A stretch of DNA of 30,480 nt from Candidatus Velthaea sp. GTDB lineage: Bacteria > Vulcanimicrobiota > Vulcanimicrobiia > Vulcanimicrobiales > Vulcanimicrobiaceae. The position numbers and the translations under genes are program-made. Positions 1 to 6,551 of this stretch are shown in pieces; position 1 is the first letter of the stretch, and the number at the start of each line of letters is the position of its first letter. The stretch is taken from assembly GCA_965214935.1 (NCBI GenBank), contig CBDCCS010000017.1:1-30480 (forward strand), read 5' to 3'. Below the pieces are notes generated by a model. That model was not told the origin of the DNA. It saw only the letters and a program-made list of their open reading frames with translations, and ran no database searches.

Positions 1-1
1 A

Positions 2-484
2 ACGACGATTGCAGCGGCGCTTGAAGCGATCCGAACGCACTGCGCAAACGGTACGCTCAACCTTAACACCAACGGATCGCTGCCGCGGGCGCTCGCGCGG
101 CTCATCGATTCCGGGTTGCAAGCCGTGCGAATCAGTCTCAATTCGTTTCAGCCTGCTGTGTATGCGGCGTATTACCGCCCGACGGGCTACGGACTCGAAG
201 ACGTGCTTGTAAGCATCGCGCTAGCCGTCGAACGTGGTTTGCGCGTATCGCTCAACTATTTGACGCATCCCGGGGTAACGGACGACCGGTGCGAGATCGA
301 AGCGATGGTGCATTTTTTGAGGCGCTATCCGGTAGCGATGATTCAGACGCGGACGCTCAACATCGATCCGGAAGTTTATTTCAAACGAGTCGGACGTCCG
401 GTCGAGCCGCTGGGTATGCGTGAAGCGCTGGCTCGCATCGAACGGCTCGGGATTTCGCTCGGCAACTTCACGCAAACCCACTAG
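2..484 (+). CDS. Radical SAM family protein, C-terminal part (5' truncated by window edge)
   Basis: Frame is open from position 2: TTIAAALEAIRTHCANGTLNLNTNGSLP..VRISLNS..YYRP.GY..DV..SLNYL..PG.TD..E..IQTRTLNIDP. The NTNG and R.S.NS motifs are typical of the radical SAM barrel. The CxxxCxxC motif lies outside the window. Confidence 0.72.
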   Translation, partial: TTIAAALEAIRTHCANGTLNLNTNGSLPRALARLIDSGLQAVRISLNSFQPAVYAAYYRPTGYGLEDVLVSIALAVERGLRVSLNYLTHPGVTDDRCEIEAMVHFLRRYPVAMIQTRTLNIDPEVYFKRVGRPVEPLGMREALARIERLGISLGNFTQTH

Positions 485-1352
485 CGGCCTTGCTTTCGAG
501 TTGTAAACGTTGCGGTACGGGAGTGACGATTCCGCCGGCGATATCGCCGCCGACCTCGGCATTACGCACGTTTGCCGTCGCATTGACGCCGCCGCCGGCT
601 GCCACGAGCGAAGTTGAGATGGTCCCGCCGTAGATGCTTTGCACAGCGATGAGAAGCGAACCATCCGTGTTGCGGGTGACGTTTTCGCCGCCCGCAAGGG
701 TCGCTGTCTGACCTGCGGCCAGCACAACGCTATTACCGTCGCTCGTTATCGACGCCGAACCGTCGGCGTTCAACGTAATATTGTCTTGATTGCCGTTGAG
801 GTGCACCGTCGCGCTGTGGTTGAGCGTAACGCCCTGCGCATTCGGTGCAGTCACGCTGGAAGAGAGCCGATAGCCGCCGCTAAATTCTTGCGAGCTGAGC
901 AAATTATCGTGGCCGGTCATACTGTCGAAATGGCGGTCGACGGCCGACGAGTTACCCGATGCATCGAGTATCGTGCCGGTCTCGCCTAGATGTGGATCGC
1001 CTGTCGATGTAAACGCGGCGTTCGCGACCGATTGCGTCCCGGCGCCTTCAGCGGTATTCTCGGCGTTGAGGCTGTTAATGAAAGCGCCTAACTGGTCGAT
1101 GAGGTTGTTGATGAGCCCCATGAAGCCGCCTTGACCATTGCTTGCGCTCGAACCGCCCCGGTAACCGGCAGTGGCCGGCTCCTTGAGCTGCTCGGACCCA
1201 TTCATCCAGAAGCTAGCCGATAGGCCGTCGGCCGAACTCAGTTGGCCGGCGTTTGCGGAGCCCGGGGTCGGCCGTAGATCGTTGACGATCGCCGTGCGAA
1301 ATTTGATATCGAGATTGCTTGCCGGCACGATCGAGTGCTCAATGATGTTCAT
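468..1352 (-). CDS. Hypothetical Gly/Ser/Thr/Asn-rich protein with GDPH motif and beta-rich C-terminal domain
   Basis: 294-aa ORF. ATG at 1352 is preceded by GGAGGG (SD). Contains TSTGDPHL (GDPH at 990-1001). No Cys and no Sec signal. Confidence 0.8.
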   Translation of the reverse strand: MNIIEHSIVPASNLDIKFRTAIVNDLRPTPGSANAGQLSSADGLSASFWMNGSEQLKEPATAGYRGGSSASNGQGGFMGLINNLIDQLGAFINSLNAENTAEGAGTQSVANAAFTSTGDPHLGETGTILDASGNSSAVDRHFDSMTGHDNLLSSQEFSGGYRLSSSVTAPNAQGVTLNHSATVHLNGNQDNITLNADGSASITSDGNSVVLAAGQTATLAGGENVTRNTDGSLLIAVQSIYGGTISTSLVAAGGGVNATANVRNAEVGGDIAGGIVTPVPQRLQLESKAASGFA

Positions 1353-1628
1353 CGCGACGCCCTCCAAGCGCTAGTACATCGCTCAGATCACGCGCCGCCG
1401 GTTCGCTGGAAAGAGCTGCACGCGATGACGCTGCAAGAACATGGCTCGGGTGATCGCCGGATCGGTCCGAGCAGTGACGGCTGCTCGCTACCGCGACTAC
1501 ATACCCTGGCCGCCGATTTCGCCTCGATTGTAAATGCCTGCCGCATCGAAGATACCTCAGCGGAAGCTCGGCGGAAGTAGGCTATTGAGGTTCCGGCTTC
1601 GACCGTTCTGATACAAAAAGCGGAGCCG

Positions 1629-2330
1629 TCAGCCGATGAACACCGCGCAAACGTCGTCGCGCGCGTCGCGCTTGATCATCGCAATGACGTCGTCGCCCGA
1701 ATCGATCGTCGTATCACCGTTGGGGATGACGACGTCGCCTGCACCCCGATCGACCGCAACGACGACGCAGCCGCGCGGCAGCGCCAAATCCGCCACCCGC
1801 TTACCGCATGCCGGCGAATCCAATGGAATGGAAAGCTGCACTAATTCGAGATCGCCTTTGCCGACGCGCGCGAGCGGCTCGAGGTTCGCATTGTTGAGCC
1901 GTTCGTCGATATGTGCGAGAATAAGCTCGGTCGATGAAATGACCGTTACGGGCGCTTGTGTATCGAGCGACTCAAAAATCAGCTTATTTTTCGGGTTGTT
2001 GACGCGTGCGATACAGCGCGCTTTCGAGTGCTTCTTGGCAATAAGGACGACGACGAGATTGTCCTCGTCATCGCCGGTGTCGGCCACGACCACGTCCGCG
2101 CGCCCGACACCGGCTTGAATGAGCACGTTCGGATCGCAACCATCGCCGACGATCGCGACGTCGGTCTCCAGGGTGTTCGTCATCAATTGCGCCTTTTTCG
2201 CGTCTTTCTCGATGACGACGACTTCATGCAATTGCTTGATCAAACCGCGAGCGAGATACGTTCCGACTTTACCGCCACCGACGATGATAATGAACATCGG
2301 TGCGGCCGGCGGGTTCGTTCGTCCGTTCAA
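1629..2330 (-). CDS. trkA: TrkA/KtrA-family potassium uptake regulatory (RCK) protein
   Basis: IIIVGGGKVG Rossmann motif, TGDDEDNL, IARVNNP, and a C-terminal TrkA-C domain. The TTG start overlaps the upstream TGA by 4 nt; an alternative ATG start is at MFIII. Confidence 0.92.
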   Translation of the reverse strand: MNGRTNPPAAPMFIIIVGGGKVGTYLARGLIKQLHEVVVIEKDAKKAQLMTNTLETDVAIVGDGCDPNVLIQAGVGRADVVVADTGDDEDNLVVVLIAKKHSKARCIARVNNPKNKLIFESLDTQAPVTVISSTELILAHIDERLNNANLEPLARVGKGDLELVQLSIPLDSPACGKRVADLALPRGCVVVAVDRGAGDVVIPNGDTTIDSGDDVIAMIKRDARDDVCAVFIG

Positions 2331-3004
2331 ACGGCCAGCTTTGCTACCGGTACGACGGCCATGAATTTCGTTGCAAAACCAACGAGCGCATCCGGCGCCA
2401 CGATCGCGTTGATTTCATCGCCGTTGAGCAGCTTCTCGCCGGCCGATGCGACGATGACGGGCGAGCCGACCCGCCGGATCGCGGCAATCCGAATCTTTCC
2501 GCTGATCTCGATATCGGCCACGGTCTTTCCGGCATTATCGTGACCGATCGTGGCGATCAACGACGTCACGCTGCCGAAATCGAACGAGGGCATGCTCTGA
2601 TACGGCGTATCGGCCAAACGGTCGCGGATGAGTTGGGCGCCCAGCGTCGTTGGGGAGAACGTCTCGATACCGAGATCGCGGTAAAGTTGGCCGCGCGGCG
2701 GATCGTAAATCCGAGCGACGATCTTGGGGATTCGGAACATTCGTTGGGCGATCAGCGCCGCCATCACGTTGCGATTGTCGCCGTCGGTCACGGCGATGAA
2801 CCCGTCGGCGCGGTCGGCGCCGGCTCGCTTGAGTACGTCGTAATCGATGCCGGTGCCGACCTCGACTTGTCCGCCGAAGCGATTGCCGAGTCGCTTGAAC
2901 GCAGCCGGATTCTCATCGACGACGATCACGTCATGCTTGTCGGCGACGAGTAACTTGGCCAATGTTGAACCGACGCGGCCGCAGCCGACGATGAGATATC
3001 TCAT
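2327..3004 (-). CDS. trkA: TrkA/KtrA-family potassium uptake regulatory (RCK) protein, CeoB-like
   Basis: MRYLIVGCGRVG, VTDGDNRN, VARIYDP.R motifs, plus a TrkA-C domain. Confidence 0.92.
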   Translation of the reverse strand: MRYLIVGCGRVGSTLAKLLVADKHDVIVVDENPAAFKRLGNRFGGQVEVGTGIDYDVLKRAGADRADGFIAVTDGDNRNVMAALIAQRMFRIPKIVARIYDPPRGQLYRDLGIETFSPTTLGAQLIRDRLADTPYQSMPSFDFGSVTSLIATIGHDNAGKTVADIEISGKIRIAAIRRVGSPVIVASAGEKLLNGDEINAIVAPDALVGFATKFMAVVPVAKLAV

Positions 3005-3109
3005 GAGAAGCGTCCCGAGTCTTAGACGTGTCCGACCGACTTCCCGTGTGCAGGAGGCGGAGGCATCGGTACGAACTTCGCTGAGTTTGCTCTAACCGAA
3101 ACGACGCAT

Positions 3110-3186
3110 CGGGGCGTAGCTCAGCTTGGTAGAGCGCTGCGTTCGGGACGCAGAGGCCACAGGTTCAAATCCTGCCGCCCCGACCA
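3110..3186 (+). tRNA. tRNA-Pro (anticodon CGG)
   Basis: Cloverleaf: acceptor CGGGGCG/CGCCCCG, D arm GCTC/GAGC, anticodon stem CTGCG/CGCAG with loop TTCGGGA (anticodon 3144-3146), T loop TTCAAAT, encoded CCA. Confidence 0.97.
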
Positions 3187-3217
3187 CCTCTTTTTAACTA
3201 GGCTTTGCATACGCACG

Positions 3218-3619
3218 TTGTTTTCGCATTTTAGCCCGGCCGCCCGCCGCGTTCTGCGTGCCGCAGAGCAAGAATGCCGGAATCACAACCATTACTATGT
3301 CGGTGCGGAGCACATGCTTTTCGCTTTACTCGAAGAGCATGATTCGGCCGTCGAAGCGCGCTTGCGCGAGCAGCATGTCTCGAGCAGCGATGTCCACGCC
3401 GAGATCAAGCGTGAGCTCGGCATGGGAGACGATCGGCTGTGGGAAGGCATTTTAGTCACTCCTCGCGTTCGCAAGATCGTGAAGCTAGCCGAACAGCGCG
3501 CCGGCGAACGCGAGATCGAGCCGATCGACTTATTCGACGCGATCTCCGACGAAGGTGCCGGTCTGGCTGCGGAGATTCTCAGGCGCGCGGGACGTAACTC
3601 TTCGGGCTCCGCTCGATAG
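3218..3619 (+). CDS. Stand-alone Clp protease N-terminal (Clp repeat) domain protein
   Basis: MFSHFSPAARRVL..AEQE.R..NHYYVGAEHMLFALL followed by a second repeat TPRVRKIV..A. Matches the ClpC N-domain; there is no AAA+ module. TTG start. Confidence 0.88.
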   Translation: MFSHFSPAARRVLRAAEQECRNHNHYYVGAEHMLFALLEEHDSAVEARLREQHVSSSDVHAEIKRELGMGDDRLWEGILVTPRVRKIVKLAEQRAGEREIEPIDLFDAISDEGAGLAAEILRRAGRNSSGSAR

Positions 3620-3691
3620 GCTCACCGGATATGGTCCGCGCAGGCCGCGTGCGACATCTCCGGCGAAGTCGCAAGCTTAGAGGAGCCTGAC

Positions 3692-4336
3692 CTGCAACAT
3701 CTAGCCGCCTTCATCAATCAGCTCATCGTTCATTTCGGATACCCCGGTTTGTTCGTGGTGATGGTGCTTGGCAACGTCGGAATGCCCGCGGGCACGGAGG
3801 TCGTTGTTCCGACCGCCGGTGCGCTGGCCGAACAAGGTCACCTCGGCGTGTCGAACCTCGTTCCGGCATGGCTGCTCGTCGGCACCATTGCGACGCTCGG
3901 CGAAGTCGTCGGTGGTTCGGTCTTGTATGCCGTCGGCTTTTACGGCGGCTTGCCGTTCGTGCGGCGCTACGGTAAATTTATCATGTTTCGCGAGCATGAG
4001 CTCGACCGAGTGCACGCGTTTTACGAACGGCATGGGAAAGTAACCGTTTTCTGGTCTCGCTTCATTCCGTTCGTGCGCGGGGTCGCAGCCTTTCCGGCCG
4101 GGTTGTCGCGAATGCCGAAACGCTACTTCTTTACTTACACGGCATTCGGCTCGGCGATTTTCTGCTTTGGCCTATCGTACGTCGGAAATCTTGCCGGCGC
4201 GAACATCGATACGATCGTAACCTACGTCCACGATTCGGCATTGGTGATCGTCGGCGTCGTGGTCGCGGTTGCCGTCGGGCTTTTCGTTTGGTGGCGAATC
4301 GCCAAGAACCGCTCGCGCAAGGATATTGCAGCCTAA
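3692..4336 (+). CDS. DedA family membrane protein
   Basis: GYPGLFVVM.LGN.G.P.GTE, Y.VG..GG, F..HG...VF.SRFIP.VR..A.PAG...M...F motifs. Probable CTG start at 3692 after GAGGAG; the ORF caller start at 3749 cuts the GYPG segment. Confidence 0.9.
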   Translation: MQHLAAFINQLIVHFGYPGLFVVMVLGNVGMPAGTEVVVPTAGALAEQGHLGVSNLVPAWLLVGTIATLGEVVGGSVLYAVGFYGGLPFVRRYGKFIMFREHELDRVHAFYERHGKVTVFWSRFIPFVRGVAAFPAGLSRMPKRYFFTYTAFGSAIFCFGLSYVGNLAGANIDTIVTYVHDSALVIVGVVVAVAVGLFVWWRIAKNRSRKDIAA

Positions 4337-4586
4337 CCAAGCTCTCACAGGCGCTTAGCGGTTCGTACGCGCACGTTCGCGCGACTGGCAAACCATCGAC
4401 CCGGACACTCTTGACGCAGCGTTATGGCAGCCGCATTGCGTCTGGTTCTATTGCGTGCGCCCGAGTGGATCGCGGCTACCGCTTGCAAAAGCTGTTCTTT
4501 ATGCGGCTTTAATGTTTGCACCGTAGAGTTGAGAGGGCGTACGGCGAAATCGCCGCGCGGGATGTCCGTCTATCGGGAGAACTTCG

Positions 4587-6551
4587 GTGAACCTTAAGCG
4601 TCTCGCGGCGACGGTCGCCGCACTGTCACTGCTCGCTCCGAGCGGCGGGGCGACCGCTTCCCTTTCAGCAAAGCCGGAACAAAGCCGGCCGATGAGTCGA
4701 GCGTTGCCGGATGCCACAGTGCGCGCCGCCCGGCAGCGCCGCGCCGCGACGATCGCGGCTCTACGAACGCATGTGAAATACGTCTTTGTCCTGTATCAAG
4801 AGAATCGCTCGTTCGATTCGTATTTCGGCACTTTTCCGGGCGCCGATGGTATCTATTCGGCACCTGCGGCACAAACGGCCGGTTTCGTGCAGCCGATCGA
4901 AAACACTAATGGAACGTTCGCGCCGATCTCACCCTTTCGCATCGGCCCGGCGCAATATGCCGCCGACACCGATGACGTCGACCATTCGCACCAGCGCCTA
5001 ATCGCAAAAATGGACGTGACGAACGCCGGACCGCAAATGGACGGCTTTGCTTTGGTCGAGGAACGCAAGCACATACCGAAGACCCAACCGTTGCCGACGC
5101 TGCAAGCAAAGCAGTACGGTGAACTCGCAATGGCGCACGAAGATTGCGATACGATTCCGTTACTGTGGAATTACGCCAATCGATTCGTTCTGTTCGATCA
5201 CATGTTCCAGTCCGTCGTCGGCCCTTCGACGCCGGGCAATATCGCCATCATCGCTGCGCAAAGCGGTGAAACGCAAAGCGCGCTGCATCCGGGCGAAGAG
5301 TATACCGATAACGGCAGCGGGACCGTTGCGGGTGTCCCCGTTACGAACGATCGCGATCCGGCGTGGGGCCCGTACAATCCCGGTGATAGCCTCGCGTCGC
5401 TGCAACTGAACTTGACCTTCGCATCGCTACCGCTGCTCTTCGCGGGTCGCAGCTTAGCCGGAATCGCTGCTGCCGATCCGCGTGAAGCCGCCGACTTCGT
5501 CGATACGCACGAAGACGTCGCGTCGATAAGCGCACGCGGCCGCGACCCGCTGCGCTGGGGCTGGTTTGAAGAGGGCTACGATCGTGAACCGGGGATGCCG
5601 AGCGCGGCTGCCAGCTTAACAAGTTACATCACACATCATAACGGACCGCAGTATTTCGGCTATATCGCCAACAGTGCCGAACACCGGAACCTGTACGGCC
5701 TCGGTGACTTCGAAGCCGCGCTTGCGCGGCAATTGCTGCCGGCTGCGGGCGGCGTTCTGTATGTAAAAGGCGGCTTCCAAAACATCCACGGTTTGAAGCC
5801 GGTCGATCCGGATGCCGCAGTGCAGAAGAATTTCGCGGGCGATGACGATCATCCGGGTTACTCGGACGCGCAAATCAGCGAGGCCCAGATCGCTCGTGAA
5901 GTGAATCTGATCGCATCGAGCAAGTACTGGAATCAAAGTGCGATCGTCATTACCTGGGACGATTCGGAAGGCGACTACGATCATGTCGCGCCGCCGCTGC
6001 GTTCGATCGGTCCGGGCATCGGGAACGCACCGCTTGATTATGTCTCGAATGGTCCACGGATACCGCTCATGGTCGTTTCGCCGTTCGCCAAGACGCATAG
6101 CGTCCAGCATGCTTACGGCGATCAGGGTTCGGTGGTTAAGCTCATCGAGCAAACCTTCGGCCTGGGCACGCTTGCCGATTTACCCGACGAACGCAAAGGT
6201 GTAGCCGCCGCTGAATATCGCGGCAGGTTCAACTATGGTCCCGATGACGGCGAGACGCTTGGCGTCGACGATTTAGTCGACGCGTTTGACGAAGGCCGCT
6301 TGAACGGAACGCGTGCGCTGTTACCGCCGGCCTATGCCGAAGTGCCGTCCTATTATGTCGATCGTTTGCCGCAGGAAACACATATTGGTTGCAGCGCGAT
6401 TGGTGTCGTGCCGGTCGACGCGCTACGTGGTATTCGTAACGTCATTCCGGCCGACTTCAATCCGCGCCCCGGAACCGATCCTAGCGATCCGGCAAAGCCG
6501 GCGATCGAGACGCGAGCGCTCGTGCGAGCTGCCCGCGATGTTGACGACTAG
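4587..6551 (+). CDS. Secreted phosphoesterase (phospholipase C / acid phosphatase AcpA family)
   Basis: N-terminal signal peptide. Motifs VFVLYQENRSFDSYFG, GPSTPGN, DDDHPGYS, ITWDDSEG.YDHV.PP, GPRIPL.V.SPFAK. GGGAG SD before the GTG start. Confidence 0.9.
   Translation: MNLKRLAATVAALSLLAPSGGATASLSAKPEQSRPMSRALPDATVRAARQRRAATIAALRTHVKYVFVLYQENRSFDSYFGTFPGADGIYSAPAAQTAGFVQPIENTNGTFAPISPFRIGPAQYAADTDDVDHSHQRLIAKMDVTNAGPQMDGFALVEERKHIPKTQPLPTLQAKQYGELAMAHEDCDTIPLLWNYANRFVLFDHMFQSVVGPSTPGNIAIIAAQSGETQSALHPGEEYTDNGSGTVAGVPVTNDRDPAWGPYNPGDSLASLQLNLTFASLPLLFAGRSLAGIAAADPREAADFVDTHEDVASISARGRDPLRWGWFEEGYDREPGMPSAAASLTSYITHHNGPQYFGYIANSAEHRNLYGLGDFEAALARQLLPAAGGVLYVKGGFQNIHGLKPVDPDAAVQKNFAGDDDHPGYSDAQISEAQIAREVNLIASSKYWNQSAIVITWDDSEGDYDHVAPPLRSIGPGIGNAPLDYVSNGPRIPLMVVSPFAKTHSVQHAYGDQGSVVKLIEQTFGLGTLADLPDERKGVAAAEYRGRFNYGPDDGETLGVDDLVDAFDEGRLNGTRALLPPAYAEVPSYYVDRLPQETHIGCSAIGVVPVDALRGIRNVIPADFNPRPGTDPSDPAKPAIETRALVRAARDVDD

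Noticed and set aside
3110..3186. tRNA-Pro as an integration site for an island
   Set aside because: No integrase and no duplicate of the tRNA 3' end was seen in the window; downstream genes have host-like composition.
4386..4440. GGCAAACCATCGA...GACGCA...ATGGCAGCC resembling pieces of a c-di-GMP-I riboswitch
   Set aside because: The P2 stem has no GNRA loop or complementary GATGG strand, and P3 cannot form. Probably chance; an Infernal search with the c-di-GMP-I model would settle it.
6548..6551. Convergent stop-codon overlaps (6548-6551, 26558-26561, 468-484) as antisense regulation
   Set aside because: Short tail-to-tail overlaps are common in compact genomes, and nothing else supports a regulatory role.
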